NCBI GenBank assembly: GCA_038153405.1
Contig: JAYOYH010000007.1
Coordinates: forward strand, 32,001-96,000
Length of the DNA stretch: 64,000 nt
Source of the DNA: Gemmatimonadota bacterium
GTDB taxonomy: Bacteria > Latescibacterota > UBA2968 > UBA8231
Direction of reading: 5' to 3'
Notes under the pieces: generated by a model
Database searches by the model: none
What the model was told of the DNA's origin: nothing
The model's input: only the letters and a program-made list of their open reading frames with translations
Made by a program: the position numbers and the translations under genes
Part shown: positions 48,647 to 57,439 of the stretch, one piece after another
How the letters are laid out: every line of letters begins with the position of its first letter
Position numbering within the stretch: the stretch's first letter is position 1

Positions 48647-51577
48647 ATGGAGCACGCGAATCGCGGTTATCGCTTGAGGTTACACGTCCTCGGGGTGCTT
48701 TGCGCGCTGGTCGCTCTGGGCGATGTCGGGTTTGCGCAGACGCACCTGCGCGATCGCGACTTTCTCAATCTGGGCTCGACAGAGGGCTATCTCAACTACG
48801 GCCGCACGGAATACGAGCCCTATCCCGAACTCATTAGTGCGCGCAATCGCTACGACCGCCTGGGCAATTTTCAGATGCGCGGCCACAGGACGTTCACCTG
48901 GGAACTCCAGCGTCCTGGGTTTAGCGAAATCAGCACGCGCTCTGAGCAGTATCTGGGTTGGTTTAACAACCTCATCATTATGAATGATACTTACCGGGGT
49001 TGGGATTTCGGGGTGACGGTTGGTGAGGATATCCGCACTAAACTCACCGATTTGACCTTCCACGATCCGCGCTACTACGGTATTCGCATGGACGGCGCGT
49101 CGGCCGATAACCGCTTTACGCTACTGCTTAGCCAGGGCGGCACGCAGGCCACGCAGTCGCCCAATCCCAAGTTTTCCACTTTTCAGGGCGGCAAAGAGCG
49201 TTCGTCTGTGCTGATGTTTGGTGGACACTGGGAGACGCAGTTGGGCAATATCCTCAAACTGGGCGCTACTTATTTCAACCACCATATGTTGGATACGTTC
49301 AATGACAAGGGCGCCTTTGTCCGCGGCGATACACCCTATAGCATGCTGGCGCCCGCCTTTATTACGATCATCGTCGAGGACGATTCGCCCGATGCCAATC
49401 AGGTCGGTGCCGTCGTATACGATGTGGGTATCGAAATTCAGGCCGAGTCGCTGGGGCAGCAAATCCGCCTTAGCAGCTTGGAAGGCGATGCCAACTACGA
49501 TCCCACTCTGAGGCCGACGGTAGAAGGCGGCCTTCTCAACGCAGACGGCGGTCGTCACGTCAGCGGCGACGGCCAGCGCGTATTCTACACTTTCCGGATG
49601 CCCGAGTTCGCCCTGCCCGACGCGGCCGACTATGCCAACGATCCGTCCGCGGCGTTAAACGGACTCACGGTCAAATCGGTTCGCTTTCTGGCCGATGTAG
49701 CCGGCGATTACAGAATATTGGTTAAGCAGCAGCACCTCTTCTTCAATGAATCGGCCTACGAGAAGAACCTCGAAAAAGAGTATGTGCCCGGCGATAATAG
49801 CTACGTCAATCCATTCACCGGTTTGAAAGGAGCGGATGCCCTGCTGAGTCCGCAAGAAGCCTACGAAGCGGGGGAAGAAATATTCAAGCAGTGGCCGGTG
49901 CCGCCCAACCAGTCGATTAGCCAACTCAACCCCTTTATGCAGTTCAAATGGGATCTGGAAAACCCAGAAGAGGTGGCCTATACCGTCGTCCGCGCCGAGT
50001 CCAACTCAACCGATCTGAGCAACCGCCGCATCGTGAGCTTTGACTACGGCATTCCCACCGGGCAAGCGCTATTCGGTCTCAATAGCCACCTGACGTTGGG
50101 TGGATTTGATGTCAAGGCCGAGTTCGTTACAAATCCGCAGTATTTTATCTACCCGATTGGGAATAATGCGGGCAAGCGATTTCAGAAGAAGACGTTGGCC
50201 TACTTCATCAATGCGGTCAAGCGCTACGAGTCGCTGTCCTTTGGCGTTGAACTCTTCCAACTCGACCCCGACTACGGCGGCAATTACGACAGCATTCGCG
50301 GTGGCGTGCCCTTTTTTACTGATGTGGCGCAAACCGGTTCGCAAATGCAGGAAATATTCGTCATGACCGACAACGACGACAACGATCAGTGGCCCGACGA
50401 ACTCATCGTCGAACTGCCTAGCGCAGACCGCCAAGATTCGGGCGTTTTTCCCGGCCTCGACGAAAACCAGGATCTGGTGCCCGATACCGATCAGAACCTC
50501 AACGGCATCGCCGACTGGACCGAGCCCATTATTTTTTACGATGCCGATCCACCCGAATTCGTCTACGGCCTCGACTTCAACAACAACGGCGTAGTCGATT
50601 TTCGCGAAAACGATGGGTTGCCCGATTACCCCTATCGCCGTGATCGCCGCGGGTTCCACCTCTTCACGCGCAAGGACGGCCTCGGCTTGTTGGGTAAGAC
50701 CCTTTCGCTGGGCTACTACGACACCAAGGAAGTGGCTGGTCGCGGCAGGGCCAAGGCCATCTACGCGCGCTACGAGTACAGCACGAACTCACCGTATTTG
50801 GGCCGTATTCGCATCAACGAGGATATCAAACGCGTAGAAGACAGTATTCGCGATGACGTCTATATCTGGCGCGATCGCAGCGTGCAGCGCATCGACTCGC
50901 CCTATCCGCACATCACGCCGCGTCAGATAGAGGAGCGCGACCTCAACTCGCAGTTGCTGCCGCCCGACAGGGACCCGTTGCTGATGCGCAACAGCCTAGT
51001 CAATACCCTCTTTATCGAGGCACGCACCAGCCCCATCATCGATTTTAATTTGATCAACAACATTCAATGGCTGCGCAACAGCCAGTCAGCTGACGAGTTT
51101 GACGACGGCGTAGTACAAGAAGAGGACGTCCGTTCGCTCATCACCATGGTCAATAAAGTCGACTATACGATCCGCGCTGGAAATGTTACGGTAAAGCCCA
51201 TGTTCAAGCATTTGCTCCTGCGCGAACACTCGCAAAAGCTCGATCGCGAACAGGGTCAAGGCAGCACGCGCTCGTTTTCCATTTTTACGCCGATTTTGCG
51301 CACCCGTCTCGATCTGACCAACAAATCCTACCTGCAGCTGGGATTTCAGGGGTTGCCGTTCTGGCGCTACACCAAGACCGACCGCGTCGACAGCAGCCAG
51401 AATTTCAAGGAGTGGACTACCGTATTCATGTTGACCAATCGATCGGATTACTATGGTTTTGCGCTGTCGACTCAAATTGGCTGGGAGACTACCCGCCGCG
51501 AGTATGACGACGAGATCAATTCGGCGCTCAACCGCAACAGCTCTACGCTGTTTTTCGATGTGCTGGCCGGCTTTTAA
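48647..51577 (+). CDS. Large putative outer-membrane beta-barrel protein B (~976 aa), paralog of A
   Basis: ATG after GAGGGAG; signal peptide GFA-Q; colinear motifs with protein A; ends LFFDVLAGF. Confidence 0.6.
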   Translation: MEHANRGYRLRLHVLGVLCALVALGDVGFAQTHLRDRDFLNLGSTEGYLNYGRTEYEPYPELISARNRYDRLGNFQMRGHRTFTWELQRPGFSEISTRSEQYLGWFNNLIIMNDTYRGWDFGVTVGEDIRTKLTDLTFHDPRYYGIRMDGASADNRFTLLLSQGGTQATQSPNPKFSTFQGGKERSSVLMFGGHWETQLGNILKLGATYFNHHMLDTFNDKGAFVRGDTPYSMLAPAFITIIVEDDSPDANQVGAVVYDVGIEIQAESLGQQIRLSSLEGDANYDPTLRPTVEGGLLNADGGRHVSGDGQRVFYTFRMPEFALPDAADYANDPSAALNGLTVKSVRFLADVAGDYRILVKQQHLFFNESAYEKNLEKEYVPGDNSYVNPFTGLKGADALLSPQEAYEAGEEIFKQWPVPPNQSISQLNPFMQFKWDLENPEEVAYTVVRAESNSTDLSNRRIVSFDYGIPTGQALFGLNSHLTLGGFDVKAEFVTNPQYFIYPIGNNAGKRFQKKTLAYFINAVKRYESLSFGVELFQLDPDYGGNYDSIRGGVPFFTDVAQTGSQMQEIFVMTDNDDNDQWPDELIVELPSADRQDSGVFPGLDENQDLVPDTDQNLNGIADWTEPIIFYDADPPEFVYGLDFNNNGVVDFRENDGLPDYPYRRDRRGFHLFTRKDGLGLLGKTLSLGYYDTKEVAGRGRAKAIYARYEYSTNSPYLGRIRINEDIKRVEDSIRDDVYIWRDRSVQRIDSPYPHITPRQIEERDLNSQLLPPDRDPLLMRNSLVNTLFIEARTSPIIDFNLINNIQWLRNSQSADEFDDGVVQEEDVRSLITMVNKVDYTIRAGNVTVKPMFKHLLLREHSQKLDREQGQGSTRSFSIFTPILRTRLDLTNKSYLQLGFQGLPFWRYTKTDRVDSSQNFKEWTTVFMLTNRSDYYGFALSTQIGWETTRREYDDEINSALNRNSSTLFFDVLAGF

Positions 51578-51621
51578 AAGGCCCAACCACCTAGGACGCA
51601 GAACGAACTGAGGATCCAACT

Positions 51622-54600
51622 ATGCTTCTTGTGAATCTTCTCGTGATTGCCATAATGGGCGGAGCTGTGGGGTTGACGTCGCGCTATTTTTCCCCGCAAG
51701 AGCTGCAAGATCGCTTTGGCTTTGGGCAAAAGCTCTATGCCTTGGGCGACTACGAGAAGGCCTTGCCTCATTTCGAAGCCGTTATGGCGACGAAAAACAA
51801 CATCACGATCAACGTCGAAGATGTCACTGTTACTCTCGACGAGTTTATCTTGCCCGTGCGAGTTGCTGCCACCTATCAGCTGGGCAATACGCACAACAAG
51901 CTGGGGCAGGACAAACTGCGCCGCTCGGGGTTCTTGCGCGCAGAGGGCAAAGAGGATCAAGCCGATCAGCGCTACCAAGAGGCATTGGAGGAATTCAAGC
52001 GCAGCTTGGAGTATTTTGGCGAAATAAGCGCTGGCGAAGAAATCGATGAGCGCACGCGGGTTATGGCGCAATTCCAGACGCTTGAAACCAACTACAAGCT
52101 CAAGCAATTTGATAGCGTGATTGAAGAGGGGGAACGCCTGCTCGAGCAGTTTCCCAACAGCGTGTATGAGACGGCCGCTTACTATAATATCGGCTGGTCG
52201 TATTACGAATTGGGTCAATACGGCAACGCTATCGACAACTTTAAAGAAGTGATAACGCTGTCGCCGCGCGGTTCGCACGCCGACCGCTCATACTTTCAGA
52301 TCGCCGAATCGTACGGCAATTTGGAAGAGTACGACCAATCGCTGAACTACCTGGACCGGCTCATACGGCGCTATGACTTTTCCGCGATGTCGGAAAAGGA
52401 ACTGATAGAAATGGCCAGCCTCAAGCTCAAAGGCCTCGTCGAGGAGACCTCGCGTGAATTGGTCGCCAAAGCACAGCTCAAGCGCGGCGATATTTTTTCC
52501 CGGCGCGGCGATGTAGATATGGCGCTGGCGGCCTATGCCAATGTGCCGGAAAAGTATCCGATGGAGACGGCACTAGTCGAGAATGCCTACATTCGCTCAG
52601 CCGAACTGATCAACGAAACGCGCGGCACCGACGCGGCGCTTATCGCCTACCAGAGCGCCATTGAAAACGTTGACGACAAGCGCTTTCAGGCCAGAACTCA
52701 GCTGACGATCGCGCGCTTGCTGTTTGAAAAAGATGCCTTTGAACGGGCGGCCGAGCAGTACCGCATCTTCCTCAGCGCCTACGGAGACGTGGCGGCGCGC
52801 ATTGGCTTTGCCGAAGACAAGGTGCTCTTCCGCATCAGCCAGTGTCACCAAGCGCTGATTCGCACGCACTTGGCCAACGGCAATGCCGATGGGGCAGACG
52901 AAGCAACGGCTGAGGCGTTGAGGATCTACGACGAGCTGCTAGTCAAACACGGCGATAGCCCGCTGTTGCCCGACGTCTACTTCTCGCGCGGTTACGCCCG
53001 CCAGCTAATAAAAGACGCAGGAGCAGCCGACGACTTCACGCATATGGTTAGTACCTACCCCGATCACCCAGCCGCCCCCAATGCGCTTCTGCAGCTTGCG
53101 CGCATCGACTTTGAGGCGGGTAAGTTCCAGAGGGCACAGGCGACCTATGAGCGATTGCTGACGGACTTTCCCGAATCTGACCCGATCAATCCCGCGCGTA
53201 TGGAACTGGGTCTGTGCTTCAAGAATATGAACGACCTGACCCGCGCAATCGCCTCCTTTGAATCGATTGATTCGCAGTGGAGCCAGTGGGGCAAAGTGCA
53301 GGCTGAGTTGGCCGACCTCTACGTGCGTTCCGGCGATCGCTCGGGTGCCAAGCGCGTGCTCGAGCGCGCTATGGAGCAGGTTGACAGCGATGAACTGCGC
53401 GGACAGCTCGTTTACGTAAAATCGCGCGTCCACTTCACCGAGGCCGAGTATCGCGAGGCCATTGAAGGCTTTTCGCAAGCGCTGGAACTGCCTATTCGCG
53501 AAGATATTTACAACGGTTCGCTTCTCTCGCGGGGCAGTGCATACTACGAACTGGCCAAAACGCTCGATGCCAAGGGCGATACGGCGCGCGCGCGCGGCGA
53601 ATACGAGTTGTCTTTGATTGATATGAAAGCGCTCCTTGAGCGCGACCCGCCAGCCAACATAAAGGACAGCGCATTTCGTACTTTGGGTGCGGGAATGATC
53701 CGTCTGCAGCGAGAGGACGAGGCCGTTCGCTACTACAAAGAGCTCATCGCATCCAGCGATGATCAGCAGCAGCGCGCGACGTTTCAAATGCTGCTGATGG
53801 AGCTCTATTTTGATCAGCAGGCCTTCGAACAGTCTGAAATCTTTGCCCGAGAGCTCCTCGAAATGGATTTCGAGGACGACAACAACGCCGGCTATTACCG
53901 CAAAGAACGCGCCTATTCAATAATTGGCAACGCGCTTGTTCAGCGCAAAGATTATGCGGAAGCCAGTAAGATTTTCGCCGAAGGGCTAGCCCAGTATCCA
54001 CAGTCGGGTGAGAGCGCCAACCTGGCCTTTTCCAAGGCGTTTTCTGATTTCAATGGCGGCGATTACGAACTGGCCGCTAAGGGGTTTGCTTTTTATGTCA
54101 ATTCGTTTTCGAACGATCGCAATGCCGTACACGGCCAGTACTACCTGGCCCATAGCTATCAAATGCTCACCGACTTTGATAGCGCGGCGACGTCATTCAG
54201 TGAGCTAATGGATCGCTATCCTCGCTCGAACTATACCGAAGAGGCGATGTTCTTAGTCGGGGAAAATTACTACAACAAGCGCGATTTCGCCGCCGCTTCG
54301 CAGGCCTATTCTACGCTGCTAGAGCGCTTTCCGAAGGGAAGGTATGGCGACGCGGCTCTGTACGCCAAGGCCTGGTGCGAATTCGAGCAAGAAGATATGG
54401 AAGCGGGAGTGGCTTCAATGGCCCAGCTCGTAAGCAACTTTCCCCAAAGCGAGTTTGCCGCCAAAGCTCAGTTTACGGTTGGCGATTACCACTACAACAA
54501 CCGCAACTATAAAGAGGCGCTCAAAGCCTACTCTGTCTTGATCGAGTCCTATGCCTCTACGCCGGAAAAACAGCGCGCAGAAGCTCTCGTCGAAGAACTG

Positions 54601-54894
54601 AGCGAAATCGAGGCGAGTTTGGATTACGCTCAGGTTATGGGCAAATTCGAGTCAAAAGACTATGAAAATGCCATTAGGGGTTTTAAGGAAATTATCGAGA
54701 AATATCCCGATACCTATACGCAGCTGGCTGCCTATTGCAATCTGGGGCTCACCTACGAGATCCTCAGGCAGTGGCCTCAAGCTGTCGAGAATTACGATCA
54801 AACCCTGGCCAGAGGGGAGGGCGATATCGAAAATTCGGACGTCGTCAATTTTGCTCGTCTGCACCGGGATTGGATCGTCGAAAACAGGCTATAA
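51622..54894 (+). CDS. 1090-aa TPR protein with BamD/CpoB-type repeats
   Basis: N-terminal hydrophobic segment; many L...(Y/F)P.S.....A repeats. Confidence 0.85.
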   Translation: MLLVNLLVIAIMGGAVGLTSRYFSPQELQDRFGFGQKLYALGDYEKALPHFEAVMATKNNITINVEDVTVTLDEFILPVRVAATYQLGNTHNKLGQDKLRRSGFLRAEGKEDQADQRYQEALEEFKRSLEYFGEISAGEEIDERTRVMAQFQTLETNYKLKQFDSVIEEGERLLEQFPNSVYETAAYYNIGWSYYELGQYGNAIDNFKEVITLSPRGSHADRSYFQIAESYGNLEEYDQSLNYLDRLIRRYDFSAMSEKELIEMASLKLKGLVEETSRELVAKAQLKRGDIFSRRGDVDMALAAYANVPEKYPMETALVENAYIRSAELINETRGTDAALIAYQSAIENVDDKRFQARTQLTIARLLFEKDAFERAAEQYRIFLSAYGDVAARIGFAEDKVLFRISQCHQALIRTHLANGNADGADEATAEALRIYDELLVKHGDSPLLPDVYFSRGYARQLIKDAGAADDFTHMVSTYPDHPAAPNALLQLARIDFEAGKFQRAQATYERLLTDFPESDPINPARMELGLCFKNMNDLTRAIASFESIDSQWSQWGKVQAELADLYVRSGDRSGAKRVLERAMEQVDSDELRGQLVYVKSRVHFTEAEYREAIEGFSQALELPIREDIYNGSLLSRGSAYYELAKTLDAKGDTARARGEYELSLIDMKALLERDPPANIKDSAFRTLGAGMIRLQREDEAVRYYKELIASSDDQQQRATFQMLLMELYFDQQAFEQSEIFARELLEMDFEDDNNAGYYRKERAYSIIGNALVQRKDYAEASKIFAEGLAQYPQSGESANLAFSKAFSDFNGGDYELAAKGFAFYVNSFSNDRNAVHGQYYLAHSYQMLTDFDSAATSFSELMDRYPRSNYTEEAMFLVGENYYNKRDFAAASQAYSTLLERFPKGRYGDAALYAKAWCEFEQEDMEAGVASMAQLVSNFPQSEFAAKAQFTVGDYHYNNRNYKEALKAYSVLIESYASTPEKQRAEALVEELSEIEASLDYAQVMGKFESKDYENAIRGFKEIIEKYPDTYTQLAAYCNLGLTYEILRQWPQAVENYDQTLARGEGDIENSDVVNFARLHRDWIVENRL

Positions 54895-54930
54895 CACGCA
54901 CCCTACAAGCGCTACAATGGGAGGTCTAAG

Positions 54931-55599
54931 ATGTCGGAAAATTTTATAGTCGGCCAGTTTCTCAAGGGCGGTCCAATGATGTGGCCGCTATTGATCTGTT
55001 CTCTCATTTCGATGGTCGTTGCCATCGACCGCCTGTTGAGCTATATGCGCCTGCCGTCTGAGGAAGAGGCGGAAGCACATCTTTCGGAAGTGGAATCGGT
55101 GTTGGAAAAGGGCGGCGAAGCGGCCGCCGTAGAGCACTTCAAGGCGAATAAAGGCGTGCTCAATTACGTTTTTGCCGCGTTGTTAAAACGCTATGACTCG
55201 CTCGTTTTAGAGAATCGGACGGATGTGGAGGATATGCGGCAGGAACTCATCACGGTTACGGAAGAGGCGGGCATCGACTATCTCGGCCGTCTGCTCAATG
55301 CCTTAGGGACGATTGGGGTGCTCGCACCGCTCATGGGGCTGCTGGGAACGATCGTGGGAATGATCCGCGCCTTTGACGCCATTGCCCAGGCCGGTGCCGG
55401 CGATCCGGCCGCCGTGGCCAGCGGTATTTCCGAAGCGCTTATCACCACGGCTTCGGGTCTGATCGTGGCCATTCCGACCATCGTCTTTCACCGTTACCTA
55501 TCTGCCCGGGCCGACAAGGCGTATAAGGAGATTGAACTCTACTGCCATGCCTTCGCCAACACGCTTATCGTTCGCTTTAGCAATCAGCGCGAGAGCTAG
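54931..55599 (+). CDS. exbB: MotA/TolQ/ExbB proton channel protein
   Basis: GGPMMWPL, APLMGLLGTIVGMI, GISEALITTASGL; GGAGG RBS. Confidence 0.93.
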   Translation: MSENFIVGQFLKGGPMMWPLLICSLISMVVAIDRLLSYMRLPSEEEAEAHLSEVESVLEKGGEAAAVEHFKANKGVLNYVFAALLKRYDSLVLENRTDVEDMRQELITVTEEAGIDYLGRLLNALGTIGVLAPLMGLLGTIVGMIRAFDAIAQAGAGDPAAVASGISEALITTASGLIVAIPTIVFHRYLSARADKAYKEIELYCHAFANTLIVRFSNQRES

Positions 55600-55614
55600 A
55601 AGAGGAGAAGGGGG

Positions 55615-56061
55615 ATGCCCAAAAGGCCAGCACTAGCTCGGCGAATAAAGGGCAAGGCGCGCAATAATGCGCGTTTTGCGACCAGTACAGATCCGGATAT
55701 GACGCCGTTGATCAACTGCATCTTTCTGCTATTGGTCTTCTTTATGGTGGCGACGACCTTTCTCAATACTAAGGGGCTTAGCGTTGATTTGCCTGGAGGC
55801 CAGGGGGATGATTCTTCGCGCGCTAGCAAAGATATCAACATCGTCATAGAAAAAGACGGTGCGATACAGGTCAACGGCGAATTGACGACGACCGAGCAGC
55901 TTGCCGAGCGGATTGGCAATATCGTTCAGTCCGATAATATCAAGAATGTGATTATAGAGGCGCATCGCACCGTTCGACACCAAACGGTGGTCCAGGTCGT
56001 CGATATCGCGCGCGGACAGGGTATCCAAGCGGTGGCTTTTGCCAAGTCGGCGGAGGGCTAG
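55615..56061 (+). CDS. exbD: ExbD/TolR-family protein with Asn at the conserved TM Asp
   Basis: MTPLINCIFLLLVFFMV; VDLP; VIIEAH..VVQVVD. Confidence 0.88.
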   Translation: MPKRPALARRIKGKARNNARFATSTDPDMTPLINCIFLLLVFFMVATTFLNTKGLSVDLPGGQGDDSSRASKDINIVIEKDGAIQVNGELTTTEQLAERIGNIVQSDNIKNVIIEAHRTVRHQTVVQVVDIARGQGIQAVAFAKSAEG

Positions 56062-56063
56062 CC

Positions 56064-56513
56064 ATGGCGCGCAGAATGCAGACAAGCGATGCCAACAACA
56101 ACGATCTTAACCTGACACCCCTGATTGACGCGGTCTTTCTATTGCTGGTCTTTTTTATGGTCACGTCAGTTTTTGTACAGGCCACGCAGTTAAAGATCGA
56201 GTTGCCCATTGCCGACAACTACGACAAGATCGACCAGGAGAAAAAGCTGAGCCTGCTCATTTCGGCCGAGGGGCAACTCGAGTTTAACAGTCAGTTGGTG
56301 AGCATGGGCCAGTTGACCGGCTTCATTGAGGACGAACGCCTGCGTTCGGGGTCGGGCACCCTCATCATAACGGCCGATGCGCAAACGCCGCACGGCTTTG
56401 TACTCGATGCGATGGAAATGGCGGTAATGGCAGGTGTGAGCAAGATCGACCTCGAAACCGGCGAAAACAAAGCGGCCGGAGAGGCCAGCGCCGCGGCCGC
56501 AGCAAAGGAATAG
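56064..56513 (+). CDS. exbD: ExbD/TolR-family protein, canonical Asp
   Basis: LTPLIDAVFLLLVFFMV; IELP; LIITAD..HGFV. Confidence 0.92.
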   Translation: MARRMQTSDANNNDLNLTPLIDAVFLLLVFFMVTSVFVQATQLKIELPIADNYDKIDQEKKLSLLISAEGQLEFNSQLVSMGQLTGFIEDERLRSGSGTLIITADAQTPHGFVLDAMEMAVMAGVSKIDLETGENKAAGEASAAAAAKE

Positions 56514-56516
56514 CGA

Positions 56517-57311
56517 ATGACGTCCCTTCGGTTGAGTTCTATTGCCCTGTGTATGTCCCTTATCGCCACGCTGAGCGGATGTGCCTATCTGGCCAGCCTC
56601 ATCCCGCAAGAGATGTATTACGAAATCTCTCTCAGCCCTTTGCTGCCCGAGGGGAGAGGTGAGTATCAGGTTGACCCCGACGATCCCCAAGCGGTGACGT
56701 TTAGCCACGAGGGCATGGTCGTACGGGTGCGGCCCTATACCGACGACGAACTCAACGCGCTCTATCCACCGCTCTTTGACGGGCGCCATACCAATCCCTA
56801 CACCACCGATCAACTCAATGTGGATCTCGGCTACGTGCCGCCGATTTTTATGGTGTTTGACATAACGGTGGTCAACCAGACGTATTCCAAGATCGAATTT
56901 GACCCGGCTAGGACTTTGCTTACGACCAATACCGGACGCAAGCTGCGCTATTACGATCCCGGTAGAGCTGGAGAGGGCGTAGATCCGCTGGGTGGAAACC
57001 GCTTTAGCACCTATTATCAGACGGAGCGGGGCCGTTCGGGTATCGATAAGGACATCAACTTGGAACGCATGGGCCTTATTTACAAAACGGCTTTCCATCG
57101 CTTTCGCCCCGTCTTTCGCGGCGACGAGCGCAGCGGCACGCTGACCTTTGATAAGTTGCCTCCCGATGCGACCGAGGTGGTCCTTTCAGTTGATGACTTC
57201 GTCCTTTCTTTTGACGCGAGCGGCAACCCCGAACGGACCATTGACTTTGAGTGCCGGTTTAAAGTCAACCAGGGCGTTGTTGAAAGCCAAGTCGATCCGC
57301 TGTTAGATTAG
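56517..57311 (+). CDS. Lipoprotein, paralog of 44619-45380
   Basis: LSGC lipobox; shared motifs with the 44619 gene. Confidence 0.75.
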   Translation: MTSLRLSSIALCMSLIATLSGCAYLASLIPQEMYYEISLSPLLPEGRGEYQVDPDDPQAVTFSHEGMVVRVRPYTDDELNALYPPLFDGRHTNPYTTDQLNVDLGYVPPIFMVFDITVVNQTYSKIEFDPARTLLTTNTGRKLRYYDPGRAGEGVDPLGGNRFSTYYQTERGRSGIDKDINLERMGLIYKTAFHRFRPVFRGDERSGTLTFDKLPPDATEVVLSVDDFVLSFDASGNPERTIDFECRFKVNQGVVESQVDPLLD

Positions 57312-57439
57312 GGCGCCAGCCCCCTCTATCGGGGCCCATTTAACGAAGGTTAACTCACCTGTTTAAACCGCACATCGTTTCATCTGCAAGTAATTCGACC
57401 AGAGAATGCACGGCCTCCGCACTCTCTGGTCGAATTGTA

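Noticed and set aside
41608..51577. Classical SusC/SusD or TonB-dependent receptor call for proteins A/B
   Set aside because: No recognisable plug-domain or TBDR C-terminal motifs and no SusD-like lipoprotein; an HMM search is still needed to exclude remote homology
884..53787. Long antisense or alternate-frame ORFs (e.g. 884-1654, 9598-10458, 20510-21487, 22596-23408, 53005-53787)
   Set aside because: Shadow ORFs of well-supported genes in GC-rich DNA, with no motifs or RBS
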